Below, piece after piece: positions 23,170 through 59,601 of a stretch of DNA of 64,000 nt. Under the pieces are notes generated by a model, which saw only the letters and a list, made by a program, of their open reading frames with translations, made no database searches and was not told where the DNA came from. Source of the stretch: Reclinomonas americana ATCC 50394 (Eukaryota); assembly GCA_048213135.1 (NCBI GenBank), contig PS015217.1, positions 84,802-148,801 of the forward strand, given 5' to 3'. Numbering within the stretch: the first letter of the stretch is position 1; the number at the start of each line of letters is the position of its first letter. The position numbers were made by a program, and so were the translations under genes.

Positions 23170-26100
23170 ATGCGCGATGTGAGCAGCCTCCTCGCCTCGC
23201 CTCTCTACGGCCTCGTGCAACAGCTGAACAATGCCTGTGACGATGGCGAGTACATTCGCCTGCTCGTGCACGAGATGCCGGCGGAGGTGGCGGCGCGAGT
23301 GGCGGCTGCTCCGTTTGTGCGCGCAAAGGCCACGCAGTGTGTGCGGCGTGTCGTGGCGGCGTGGCGTGCGGCGGAGATGAACAGGTCGATGTCGACGACG
23401 CCGGTGGAGGACAATGGCAAGTCGCAGCAGTGGTTGTTGCAGACGTTGCGTGGCGGAGACAACTCGCAAACTGATAAGTGATTGACGCCCGATGCACAGT
23501 GCGCATCCGTTCCCGCACCTGGCTGCTCTGATGGCCACCACCACTGATGCCAGCAGCAGCGGCAGCAGTAACGACGATAGGGAGCAGCGAGTGACGGCAC
23601 TGGTGGAGGAGTGCGCTGCAGAGGTGGGCGAGGATGTTCTGCTGCTCTCGGCGCATGTGCCGTCGCTGTTGGCGGTCACGCAGGCGTGGTTGGCGCTACC
23701 GGAGGAGGCTGCTGCTGTGGCGGTTGATGCAGCGCACGTGGCGCAGGAGCTGTCTGCGATCGGGCGTCATTTGCGACGAGCGGCTGTGGTGTGTATCGCG
23801 ATGATTGCATTGTTGGTGTGCCTCTTCGGCGATATAACAGTGACGATGCAGGTGCCGCCGGTGTTGTTCCCGCGGCCTCCGTCGCTGCGATTGCCTCCGT
23901 GTCCACCGCTCCCACTAGCCGCGAGTGTGGGGAGTACGTTTGGTGCGGCGATGAGAGTGTTACAGCGGTCGCGAGCGCAGCTGGGCGATCGGGAGGAAGC
24001 ACTGCGTCGTGCCTGGCGTCACTACCAGCAGCTGGAGAATGCCACCGATCCCGCCAGTGTCTTTGGTGGGTCGAGGACGCCGCGGTGAGTGAAGGGAAAG
24101 AAGAGGGAGAAGGGAGGGAGAGAGGGCAGGGAGACAAGGGATTCTTGTCGCTCCTTCCCTCAAAGTGTGTGCTTACCAAACCACAGCCTCGATCCCACCG
24201 CACTCGGGGCTTCCACAGCGCAAGTCGGTCGCCAACTGGCGTGGGAGCTCACGGAACAGCGACGCCGTGCTGTTGCCTGGCCGGGTGCGTCTTTACCATC
24301 ACTCAACTCGTTTCTTTCTTCCCCTCACTGTGCGCTGCAGTGTGGCGACAGTTGTTGACCGATTGCATGATGACACCGCGTGCGCTCCTGTTGGCGCGCT
24401 CATCACTCGCTCGATGGGTGGCAAGGCTGTTGGTTTCCTTGCAGCTCCCGCGTACGTGCCTTGCTGTCGTGTCCAGTGCGCGCGTACGGCCGTATGGAGC
24501 GCGATGCTTGGTGTGGCTGGTGCTTGCGTGGCTCTACTATTCTTCTCTCCGTCAGTCTTCGCCACCTGCTGCGCCCGCCGCGACTGCAGACATTACGCCA
24601 CTCGTGGACACCACGGTGGAGGCCGCCGTACGAGATTTGCTCGAATCCGCGGAAGACACCAGGAGGAGTCAGCCGAGTGGTGAGTGTGAATGCACGGTCA
24701 GGCTTCAACACGTTTCCACCGTAAGTGACCTTGTGTTGCAGCACACTTGGAGGCCCTGTGCGAATACATAGACCGTGAACTCGTCGCCGCGGCGTCTGGC
24801 AGCATGCAGTCGCAGCTGACGCACCATGCAGCCTCCGAGTTGCTTGTGCATCTCGTGAGCGATGTCACACGCGAACGTGAGGATGATGAAAGTGCGTCTC
24901 GTGGTTCTCTGGTTGATGCATATTTGCCTTCCTTCACCACCAACATCTTCAACTCATTGCAGACGTGGTCACCGTCGGCAACTTGCGGGAATTCTCTGAC
25001 GGCGCGCTACTGCTGGCGACCCTCTGCAGCTGCTTGCGACCCTTGGTCGACATGCAAGTACCGGAGGTTTTGCTTTCGGCTATGCACGCGGTACTGTTGA
25101 GTGTGGTGGCAGTGGGTGTCGACGACGGTTCTCTGCTGTGTCGCATTCGTGAAGTGCGCCTGCGACTTGTGGATACACTACATGTGCTCGCCTCATGGCT
25201 GCGTGAGAGCCACGGCAGCATGAACGGTTTGTGTTCCTCACCTCCGCCATGTACGGCAAGCGCTGTTGTGTTAACTGCGATCTCTCTCTTGCAGATGATA
25301 GCATAAATCAGTTGTTGGAGTGGACGGCGATGCGCGATTGCTGCGGTGTGCTGCCGTTTGGTGATCCGAGTGACAGGTCGGCATTGTGGTGCGTGCAGAG
25401 ATCGACAACCAAGATGATGATTGCGAGATGCGTGCTAACTGGCGCGCTCAGGTACCCGTCGCTGTATGATCCCACAATCGGCCGATTTCGCGCCTTTCTG
25501 CCGCTCACTCCGGTCGTGCATTCGCGCCACCTCGGTATGTGTGTAGTACGCGCGGGTGGGTCGATGGTGCGCATTTCTCATGCAATCTACTTGGTGACAA
25601 GAAGAGAGCGAAGCGGTGGACGACGTGTTGCTGGCAACATGCGATCGCGCCGTCCGCGATATTCTCCCGTGTGCCACCAAAATGGGACACGAGTTGCTGC
25701 GCGGCAACGGTGTGCTGCTGCAACCAGATACGTCGCCCATCAATGTGGCCTTTGTGAGGTGCGTTACTGCAGAAATGCGCGTTTTGGTGCCCACACTCGT
25801 TGACGTCACGCGCCCGCAGAACGGATCGCGCTGAGACTCACATGAGTGGAGGTGCGGGCGGGCGCGATCCGCACTCGACTGCCACACACGTCATGCAGTC
25901 ACTTTTTCGTGTGTTGGTGGCGCCTGTTGTGGACAAGTTTCGAGACGTGCTGGCAGTCGACGACACCGACTTGGTACGCATGTATGGTTGAGTGGCACGC
26001 GCGTGCCACACGCTCATGTGGCATCACCTTTCGTGTCCACAGCACTTTGCTCGACAAATGGCGCACGACGCGAAGCGTGTGTACTTGGGTCGTGTGTTGT

Positions 26101-28489
26101 GTGCCGAGGAGGATCAGCGAACTGCGCTGCTGACAGAGTTGACATCCTGCGTGCCGCTTGTGCAGTCGCACATTGCGAACGCACTCTGCGCTGGCGATGC
26201 TGCGGTTGAGCAGCTCAGCGACATTCTCTCGCAAGTGTGGTCACTGCTGGTGTACCCGCTGTTGGTTGACATGCGCGCCTCTCGACTGTGGCAAAAATCT
26301 GCATTGCCGTCAGGCGAATCGCCGTCCATGTTGGCACGCAGTTTGTGCGACACGACGCTTCTCGGTCGACTGCTTGAGCAGGTCGACTTGCAGCTGCCGT
26401 TGGTGCACGGCGTGCGATGCGTGGACGAGTCAGCGGCGAAGACCCAGTTCGCGGGGGGTGCCGTTCGTCGCGGTGAGTCCACCGAGTTACTATCCGTCAT
26501 CGGGTCCATACCCACTGGATTGCACAGGTGTTATTGAGGCAGGAGAAGAGTGGCAGGCAAGTCGGCAGGCTGAGCTGGGTGCGTTATGTGTGAGAAGAAC
26601 GGAGATCCGAGTTGCGTTGTTGAGCTGAATTACTTTCTCATTCTCACAACACAGTGATGCGCGAGGCCACGGTGGCGGCCTCGGCCAGCCTGCTGTTACA
26701 GTCGCCTCGCGAACAACAACCGAAAATGGATGTGCTGGCAGCCACGCTGGAGGAGCGACGGCGTTCACGATTCACCGAAGCCGATGCGGCATTCTTGCAG
26801 GTTTGCTGTTGCGGCACTTTTTGCCTCGACTTCCGTGATCTCACCGCGCTGTCGGTGCAGTTTCTGAGCGACACGAATCGCCCTGCCTCGGTATATGTGC
26901 TGGCGAGGAGTCAACAACCGGAGTTGTGGAATCGCACGGTGGAAGCATACCACCAGTGCCGCGGGCTAGCAGTCGACCACCTCATTGCATGGTTGGCAGA
27001 TAGCTGCGTGCGCGGACAAAGTACGGAGATGCAAGCACGGTCCTCCAAGCAGCAAACGCTGCTGGACGTGTTGCAGTGGTGGGCGTGTGAGGTCGATGTC
27101 ACCTTGTTGACAGCTGCTGCCGAACATCAGTCGCCGCCAGCGACTGTTGTGCTGCAGCACACTGTTACCGACCAGTCGATGATGGCCAGCAGTGGTGCAT
27201 CTGCGTCGAGAGGCAGCACATTTGGGGATGAAGTGGCACGATTTGTGGCGCTTCATGCAGCTGTGGGATCGGATTGGTGGACAGTGTTGCGCGATGCTGT
27301 CGATCGTCTCAATCATCGACTGTGGCGGTGGCGGGATCAGCAGCAGTTTATTGCGGTTTCGTTCACCTCCGTCTGCCACCACTAATGCTTGTGGTAGGAG
27401 TGTTGAATGCAGCCTGTGCAGGATGAGGAACAATTCTGCCACTGGCAGGCGGTGCCGGAAGGTGGTGATGAGGCATCATCGCTCGCTGAAACACAGTCGA
27501 CTGTGATTTCGTATCTGGTTGCCGCCGTGCAGCATCAGGCCACCTGGCTGTCGCTGCGCATGCTGCGCGATGGGCGATTTCTGCACGCAGTGGAGGATGA
27601 GGACGGTGATCGCAAACGTGCAGAAGGCAACAGGGATGGTGGCGACGCCTTGTGGCCGCCAGTGGTGTTTGGCGCTCAGCCTGCTGCGTCGCTGAGTGAG
27701 AGTGGTGGCGAGTGCACGGTATCGCGGGAGGTTTGTCTCTCTCTTAAGGGGGTGAATAGGGTTTGTCGTGCGTTGTTGCTCATCGCCGACTTGCGAACAA
27801 GTTGCACGACCTGGCTGACGCTTGCCGCTCGCGAGGTATTCCAGGTGTGTATGTTTGAGGAGGAGAAGGGGCTTTGGTTTTGCAAGATCAGATGATGCTG
27901 CTTGATCACTCAACATATACACAGTGGCCAGCGAAGGGAAACTGGCGCCGACACATGGACTGGTGCTCTGCAGTGTCGTGAGCCACTTTGTACCGTCGGT
28001 AAACGATGAACTGGCGTGGCGACGGCTGGAGGCAGTTCGTGGGCGCCGGAAATGCCCGCCGACGACATACCGATCGCCTTTGAACTGGCGTCACGACGTT
28101 CTCTGGCTGGAGAAGTTGATCAATCTGCCAATGACACCGCAGGTGAACGACTGGCTTTGTTTGCACTCTGTGTTGTCGACACTGAGAAAATTGTTGCAGC
28201 GGCGACAGCAGCTGTTGGACACATACATCACAAAGTCACTGTGGCCGCGGGCCACTTGGGCTGCCGTGTGTGCGTACGAGACCGCCGAGGGCATGTTTGC
28301 ACGTCAGCATGCAGTGAACGCAGGGTGGTGGAACCGGCATGCTGCGGCTGCGCGGTGAGTACATCTCCAATTGCTTCATGGTTGTGTGATCGCTCTCTGA
28401 TTCTCACACATTATCACAGCAATGTTATCTGGCAACTGGCATTGGAGAGCACTGACGCCACCACACAACCGGAGACCGCAGCCAGGTGA
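23170..28489 (+). CDS. Large multi-exon Leu/Ala-rich protein of unknown function
   Basis: Run of coding-like ORF blocks separated by short GT-AG introns (e.g. 23445-23499, 25974-26042, 26579-26654, 27356-27421, 28355-28419) from ATG 23170 to TGA 28489. No family motif recognised; not every junction was resolved. Confidence 0.65.
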
Positions 28490-28752
28490 TACTTTGCCTC
28501 TGACCAGCGCAGTGGCGCGGGAAGAAGGCCGCATTGGTGGCAGAAAGCAGCCCGCAATCGACTGATGTCTCGTCAAATTGATGACGAAGTCGTACCCTGG
28601 CCTGGAGACTGTGTAATTAAACAGTTTCAATGGCAGGCACCAGCACAAGCAGTAGTCTTCATTCATAATAGTAATTGAAACTTCACCGATCCATACACAA
28701 CAATGAGCATCTGCCAGTGATCGCCAACAAATCTTATGTGTATTTAGACGTC

Positions 28753-28758
28753 TTTATT
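28753..28758 (-). promoter_or_regulatory. Candidate AATAAA polyadenylation signal of the RasGEF gene
   Basis: TTTATT on + strand, about 20 nt downstream of the RasGEF TGA (28779-28781). Confidence 0.45.
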
Positions 28759-28778
28759 AAGATCTCAACCGGCGACTA

Positions 28779-35470
<6,692 letters not shown>

Positions 35471-36516
35471 GAGGGAAAGGGATATGAGGCGAAGGATGGA
35501 AGGGAGTAAAGAGAGGGAAGGGAGGGAGGGAGGAGGGAGAGAGGGAAGGATGCAAGAGCGAGACAAAATATCAAATAAACTCAACACTTTGTGCGTGACT
35601 GCGTGACAGAGACGGACAGACAGACAGAGAGATTGAGCAAGAGAAGGAAGAGCAGTGAGGAGGATCAAACGGCGAAAGATGGAAGGGAGTAAAGAGAGAG
35701 GAAGCAAGAGTGAGACGCGACAGGCAACAGACTTAATTCTGTGAGAGGGAGTGAGATTGAAAAGGGCGCATAAAAGAAAGGAAAGCGAGAGAGCGAATAG
35801 AAGAGAGGACGACCAAACTGCGAAAAAGATGGAGGGAGACGGATGCAAGGTGAGACGGTGTGCGTGCGTGAGAAAGGGATCGACAAAATATTGAACGTGA
35901 ACACAGGTGAAGGAGCAAATAGAGGAGAGGGCCACTGAAGACAAACCTCGACGATGGGGGGAAGCTGGTGACTGATGAGAATACGACTGGTTCTGGGCAT
36001 GTCGTGACGGCGATGCATCTTCCGAAGCTGCGATAACAACACAAAACGCGAGTGAGCGGACACGATGGGAGCGGAACAAAGGCGCACAAGATGCAAAGAG
36101 GTCGAATGAGCAGCGTGAATGAGAACAATATGGGACGGAACGAGCGAGAAGCACTGAGTGAACATGAGAGAGATGCAGACATAGGTCTTGGGAACACGAA
36201 ATTGAGGCGAGGGTGGGGAACGAGTGAAAGCGTGTGAGTGTGCGAATGAGAGAGTGGAACTGGGGGCAAGTGCAACACAATATGAGAGGCAGAGTGCGTT
36301 CTTTGGAGTGATTGCTTGAGGAAAGCTGAGAAGATATGGGCGAAGGTGTGAGCGTGCGATTGAGTGAAAGAGCGGGGCACTGAGGGCAACTGAACATGAG
36401 GGAGAGTCAGAGTGCGGTCTTTGGAGCTACTATCTGAAGAAAGCTGAGAGGAAATGGGAGTGCACGAGTGAAAGGGTGAGTGTGAGATGGAGTGAAGCAG
36501 CGAGAGGGCGCTGGAA

Positions 36517-36591
<75 letters not shown>

Positions 36592-37408
36592 NNNNNNNNN
36601 NNNNNNNNNNNNNNNNNNNNNNNNNNNNNNNNNNNNNNNNNNNNNNNNNNNNNNNNNNNNNNNNNNNNNNNNNNNNNNNNNNNNNNNNNNNNNNNNNNNN
36701 NNNNNNNNNNNNNNNNNNNNNNNNNNNNNNNNNNNNNNNNNNNNNNNNNNNNNNNNNNNNNNNNNNNNNNNNNNNNNNNNNNNNNNNNNNNNNNNNNNNN
36801 NNNNNNNNNNNNNNNNNNNNNNNNNNNNNNNNNNNNNNNNNNNNNNNNNNNNNNNNNNNNNNNNNNNNNNNNNNNNNNNNNNNNNNNNNNNNNNNNNNNN
36901 NNNNNNNNNNNNNNNNNNNNNNNNNNNNNNNNNNNNNNNNNNNNNNNNNNNNNNNNNNNNNNNNNNNNNNNNNNNNNNNNNNNNNNNNNNNNNNNNNNNN
37001 NNNNNNNNNNNNNNNNNNNNNNNNNNNNNNNNNNNNNNNNNNNNNNNNNNNNNNNNNNNNNNNNNNNNNNNNNNNNNNNNNNNNNNNNNNNNNNNNNNNN
37101 NNNNNNNNNNNNNNNNNNNNNNNNNNNNNNNNNNNNNNNNNNNNNNNNNNNNNNNNNNNNNNNNNNNNNNNNNNNNNNNNNNNNNNNNNNNNNNNNNNNN
37201 NNNNNNNNNNNNNNNNNNNNNNNNNNNNNNNNNNNNNNNNNNNNNNNNNNNNNNNNNNNNNNNNNNNNNNNNNNNNNNNNNNNNNNNNNNNNNNCGCCTC
37301 CAACTCCGCCACACGCTGATTCAGCTGCTGTGTGGGCACTCCGCCTCCCCCACCTCGACACACAGCACCCATTCGTGGCAATCAATCCGTGTCCTGCAAC
37401 CCTTTGTT

Positions 37409-38398
37409 TCACTCCTTGCTCTCCACCTCACGCACCAACACCCACGCCGCCACGGCCGCCAGCACATGTCGCACAGCGTGCCCGCTCACCACACCAAACG
37501 TGACGGCGTACACGGGCTTGTCGACCACGTCCGCCAGCTGGCACAGCGCAAAGAGTGCCAACGCCGTGAGCACCGCCGGTGTGCGCAGCAGCGGTGAGGC
37601 CACGTGACGCAGTTGCCCGTGTGCTCTCGGCCGCGCCATCCGAAAGTGCGCGTGTCGTTCGTATGCATCGTCGCTGCCGCCGCCGTCGTCGTCATCGCGC
37701 GAAGCCAGCCAGCTCTCGAAGCCGTCGTCGGGGAAGAGCCAGAGGGTGGCGAGGAGCACGGCCATGGAGCCGAATTGCGCCAGGCCGTACAGTCGCAAGT
37801 CGCCGCGACCTTGCAGCTCGCTGTGGCGCCAGTACCACGTGCAGAGTGCGGCCGTGAGTGGCAGCGCCCAGCACACGAGTCGGCTGGCCCGGAAGGAGAC
37901 GCGTTCCACGAGCGTCGCCGCCAGCACCGAGGCAATGGTGATGGCCATGCACACGCGATCCCAGAAGAGACGCGGGGTGTCGGGCGCCCAATGGTAGTAC
38001 GCCGAGCCGAGACCGACGGCGGCGGTGCCGGCAAAGAGCGAAAGGAGCGACCACAGCAGTGGGCCCTGGATGTGACCGTCGCTGGAGCGATCGCGCAGAA
38101 CCACGGCGATGCCCCACAGACCAACCAGCAGGAGCGGCAGGTTGGAGATCACGTTGAAAAAGTTGGGAATGCCCAGCAGTGTGCGCTGGTCGGCAAACGA
38201 GTGGTAGGTGTCCCACTGTGGGATGCGTGGTACAAAGAGCAGCACAAGCAGCACCAGCTGGGCGGCCATGGAGACCAGAAGCGCTTGGCGGGTGGACAGG
38301 GAGAGTCGGTGTGCGGTGGTGGTGGTGGATTTCATCGCCTTGCGCACTGCGCGCGGGACGAGGCGCGGGAGGCGGAGGAGTGGGGAGGGGAGGTGCAT
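37409..38398 (-). CDS. Alkaline (phyto)ceramidase-like multi-pass membrane protein (CREST-type His motifs); both ends uncertain
   Basis: Uninterrupted ORF with PQWDTYHSFADQRTLLGIPNFFNVISNLP, GSAYYHWAPD..RLFWDR, GDLRLYGLAQF, SGHAVRH and about 7 hydrophobic segments. A 3' splice site precedes the ATG; the 3' end may splice onward (see findings). Confidence 0.88.
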   Translation of the reverse strand: MHLPSPLLRLPRLVPRAVRKAMKSTTTTAHRLSLSTRQALLVSMAAQLVLLVLLFVPRIPQWDTYHSFADQRTLLGIPNFFNVISNLPLLLVGLWGIAVVLRDRSSDGHIQGPLLWSLLSLFAGTAAVGLGSAYYHWAPDTPRLFWDRVCMAITIASVLAATLVERVSFRASRLVCWALPLTAALCTWYWRHSELQGRGDLRLYGLAQFGSMAVLLATLWLFPDDGFESWLASRDDDDGGGSDDAYERHAHFRMARPRAHGQLRHVASPLLRTPAVLTALALFALCQLADVVDKPVYAVTFGVVSGHAVRHVLAAVAAWVLVREVESKE

Positions 38399-40043
38399 TG
38401 CTGCGTGGGGTGGGGAAAGAAAGAAGAGGGGGAGAATGCGGAGGAAAAGCAGAGGATTCAACTGGAGCGACGGGGGAATCGATATTTGTTGTCGTGGTCG
38501 GAGAAAAATGGAGACGTGGGAGATGTGGTCGTGATGCCAACAACTGCAGCCGTAGCTGCTGCATGACCACCATCTTGAGTATGTCTGCTCCAGAACCGGA
38601 AATGACGACGACAAACAACAACACTGTGTCTGTGGTCAACGTCGTCTTCAACACTCAGTCCTCTTGTTTCTGACTGTGCGGCCAGCGGTCAGTGTGGCTG
38701 TCGCAGTGTTGATATCATTGCTGCTGCAACAACAACAACAACTGCGCCTACCACCTGCTCAAGCCACCACCGATATGAGCCTCACCAACAACATGACAAG
38801 CTCTCTTCTGTGTCTACCACGCCACGCCACTGCTTTTGCTTTAAATTAATATTGCGTTCTAAGCAACAGCGCCCATGCTGAAACATTTTGCGCCACGAAA
38901 TCCTTTTGAGGCCATCACGCGTTTGATTGGCTTTGTCTCCTGAAAGGGAAGATGTCTGTTGGAGAATATTTATCTATGTGTTTATATNNNNNNNNNNNNN
39001 NNNNNNNNNNNNNNNNNNNNNNNNNNNNNNNNNNNNNNNNNNNNNNNNNNNNNNNNNNNNNNNNNNNNNNNNNNNNNNNNNNNNNNNNNNNNNNNNNNNN
39101 NNNNNNNNNNNNNNNNNNNNNNNNNNNNNNNNNNNNNNNNNNNNNNNNNNNNNNNNNNNNNNNNNNNNNNNNNNNNNNNNNNNNNNNNNNNNNNNNNNNN
39201 NNNNNNNNNNNNNNNNNNNNNNNNNNNNNNNNNNNNNNNNNNNNNNNNNNNNNNNNNNNNNNNNNNNNNNNNNNNNNNNNNNNNNNNNNNNNNNNNNNNN
39301 NNNNNNNNNNNNNNNNNNNNNNNNNNNNNNNNNNNNNNNNNNNNNNNNNNNNNNNNNNNNNNNNNNNNNNNNNNNNNNNNNNNNNNNNNNNNNNNNNNNN
39401 NNNNNNNNNNNNNNNNNNNNNNNNNNNNNNNNNNNNNNNNNNNNNNNNNNNNNNNNNNNNNNNNNNNNNNNNNNNNNNNNNNNNNNNNNNNNNNNNNNNN
39501 NNNNNNNNNNNNNNNNNNNNNNNNNNNNNNNNNNNNNNNNNNNNNNNNNNNNNNNNNNNNNNNNNNNNNNNNNNNNNNNNNNNNNNNNNNNNNNNNNNNN
39601 NNNNNNNNNNNNNNNNNNNNNNNNNNNNNNNNNNNNNNNNNNNNNNNNNNNNNNNNNNNNNNNNNNNNNNNNNNNNNNNNNNNNNNNNNNNNNNNNNNNN
39701 NNNNNNNNNNNCTTCTTTGCCTGCTTCACGGATCTGGACCCGACTTTGCTTTGTTTGCCTGGCTCTTTTCCCGAATTCGATGTGCCGCGTACGATCGCAG
39801 AAAACGCTATGCGTCTTTGCAAGTGCGTCAAATCCACTGGTCAACCACGCTTATGCGGTGAAGATCGCAGTTCTCGACTTGTTCGGAGCTGCGAGAGCGA
39901 ATTCGAACACACACACAAGGAACATGCTGCTGCCTCAAGATTGGTGTACGTGTTGATGTTTTGAAAAAGTGGGCATGGTCATCAAGAGCGCTGTTGCTCA
40001 TTGCAGAAGGATTGCCGACGTCGTTAGACAGCTGTCGATTATC

Positions 40044-41220
40044 TCTCCATCTGTCACTCCGTCCTGCAATCCATTGGATGATTGTTCCCGTGGTTTGCCG
40101 CCTTCGTGCGAGTGAACCACCTGGTGGCTTCCTCCAACCCCGATTCTCCCGCCCACCCTCCCTGTGGTTGGACAGTTCTGTGGTGCGGGGTGTGTCGTCG
40201 TTGTTTCGTGGTGGTGGCGGTTCGACTCGGCTTCGCCACTATTTACTTGGACCGTCGTGTTCTCTGGCGGACTTTACCGGTGGAGTCTCTTGCCAGGCAG
40301 ATGTCGGTGACTGTGGCGACTGTTTAGGTCTTTGTCGCACGCTGTTGGTCTGTCTCGGTGCTTGTGGTGCACGAGTCAGCAGCCTTGGGCGCGAGTGGTC
40401 CCTTCCGGAGGTACTTTTTCCCACTGGGTTTTGTCCTCCTCGTTCCTGTTGTGGAGCGCATCACTCGTCGCTGGCTGGGAGGTGAGGTTGGAAGGGTTTG
40501 TCCCGACCTCCACCACGGCGTGCTTTGTTGTTGTCACCTTGGACGGTCAGATGTTGGTGGCGCTGCGATCGCGAGCGACTTGTCTGTGGCACGGGTCTCG
40601 CGACTGCGGGGTGGACCAGTGTTGGCCACCGCACTTGGTGTTGTTTTGGGTTTTCTTGCTTCTTGAGGGCGGGATGTAGGGTTCCTCGAGCATGCATTGG
40701 TGATGCCTGGTTTGCCTTTCCTTTTGTTGTGTAGAGCATGCTGCCCCGAGCATGTGGATGGGCGTGTGTGCGTCACCTGGTGGTTGTTGTGGGTTATTTC
40801 CTGCCTGTATCTGGGTGTGGCAGGCGTGTTTTTGGTGTTTGGGCGGGTGCTGAGTGCCCGCCGAGGGTGTTTGTGGGTGCGAGAGCACGAGCGGGTTGTG
40901 GTGACCAGCGAGTTGTTTGGTGCACACACGCCCCGTGCTGGTCACCTGTTTCTAGTTTTATTGTGTTTCGCTTGCAGCGATTGGTTATTTTCCTGTGCTG
41001 CGCTGGCTCGTCGTTGCCAGTGCCGCGCACGTTCTTTCGATAGTTAATCGAGTAGAAGGGGGCACGTAAAATACAGTCAAACAAAGTCATTTATTACTGC
41101 TGTTGGCATGTTGCTGTCATTGGTTTGGTGCGGTGCTGTCGTCGAGTGAGGTTCGGCGGCATCATTGTTGGTATCTCGGCTGGCTAGTGGCAGCACTGTG
41201 AGAGGAGTGACAGATGGAGA
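40044..41220. mobile_element. Putative non-autonomous element or remnant bounded by inverted repeats
   Basis: TCTCCATCTGTCACTCC (40044-40060) and its exact reverse complement (41204-41220), with further degenerate inverted similarity outward. Interior is strand-skewed (G/T-rich on +) with no recognisable ORF. No target-site duplication found. Confidence 0.35.
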
Positions 41221-41559
41221 CTGTTCTGTATAACGACGGAGGCAGTCATCCAAATGCTAATAGTTTCTCGCAACCTGTTGGCGAGAAGCTTGGTTGGTGA
41301 ATGTTGTTGTTGTCGTATCCGATCGCTGCTTCGTGCGACGTCGATGTTTTCAACTTCGGTCATACTGCGCTGCGCTTGGCCGGGATTGCAGCATTCTCAC
41401 GATCAGCGTAGCTGCACTGAGTCTGCGGCTGCACGACTGCGACCTTCTGTGAGTCAAATACCGATCGACGGATCGTGTCCTACGACAAAACAAAAACCGA
41501 GTCCGAGTCGTCAGCGCGCAACAACGTAACTGCTTAAGTCTGCGTGTGTTGGTGAGCGG

Positions 41560-41604
<45 letters not shown>

Positions 41605-42142
41605 TCACACTCTTGTCTAAAATCACAGCACCCATCACCAGCTTGCATGGCTTGTGCGCAAGGCGCGCATGGCCGAGTGCCAACAGCCGAGCNNNNNNNN
41701 NNNNNNNNNNNNNNNNNNNNNNNNNNNNNNNNNNNNNNNNNNNNNNNNNNNNNNNNNNNNNNNNNNNNNNNNNNNNNNNNNNNNNNNNNNNNNNNNNNNN
41801 NNNNNNNNNNNNNNNNNNNNNNNNNNNNNNNNNNNNNNNNNNNNNNNNNNNNNNNNNNNNNNNNNNNNNNNNNNNNNNNNNNNNNNNNNNNNNNNNNNNN
41901 NNNNNNNNNNNNNNNNNNNNNNNNNNNNNNNNNNNNNNNNNNNNNNNNNNNNNNNNNNNNNNNNNNNNNNNNNNNNNNNNNNNNNNNNNNNNNNNNNNNN
42001 NNNNNNNNNNNNNNNNNNNNNNNNNNNNNNNNNNNNNNNNNNNNNNNNNNNNNNNNNNNNNNNNNNNNNNNNNNNNNNNNNNNNNNNNNNNNNNNNNNNC
42101 CCCCTTTCCCTTCCCCCTACTTCCCTCTCACCCCTCCCGCAG

Positions 42143-58238
<16,096 letters not shown>

Positions 58239-58698
58239 CCATCTCACTTGCACCTTGAGATAATACAGGAGGGCTCTCGAAATTTGATCGATCGCATTCG
58301 CGAGTGTGACTGCAACACTGATTTCGCAGCATGCCGTGGTCGTCTCAGTGCCTGGATGGTCACGCGGACGTGCGTCATTTTTCCAGGTTTATTGAAAGTG
58401 CACGCACAAGATTCACGCAAGTGACATGCTCTTCTGCATTTGTGCACTCCACTGCAATGGGTTTCCGAAGAGGTCAGCTTCACATTGATTTCCAGACGAA
58501 TTTGAAGTGGATTTTCAGCGCGCATGTGTTGTCTTTGGAGTGCTTCTGGTCCTCCACGCAACCGACACTCGTGGGCATTCTCTTCGCTGATATTGATCGC
58601 TGGGCCTCCACTGAGAAGCATGGGTCGAAGAAAAATTAGACTTGTGCAACCAATTTTCCAATTGGCCGATTGGTCATCCAACAAGTCCGACCCCCTGC

Positions 58699-59442
<744 letters not shown>

Positions 59443-59601
59443 GAGCGCCTCCTTTCTTTTCACGCCTTTCGCACTGAACACACACAAAGACACACACGCG
59501 TGCGCATTCATACGTGCCTCAGAGTCAAGCAGTGTGAGAGTGCGGGAAAATAGAGGCATCTCTTCTTTCATCGTCATTTTTTTCAGTCTTCGAGCCGCGA
59601 C

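Noticed and set aside
25987-25992. G|GTTGAG as an exception to the donor rule
   Set aside because: It gives the wrong phase; G|GTACGC at 25974 joins the long downstream frame.
26611-26616. GTTGCG as another shifted donor
   Set aside because: Out of frame with the acceptor at 26654; G|GTGCGT at 26579 fits, so it was not counted.
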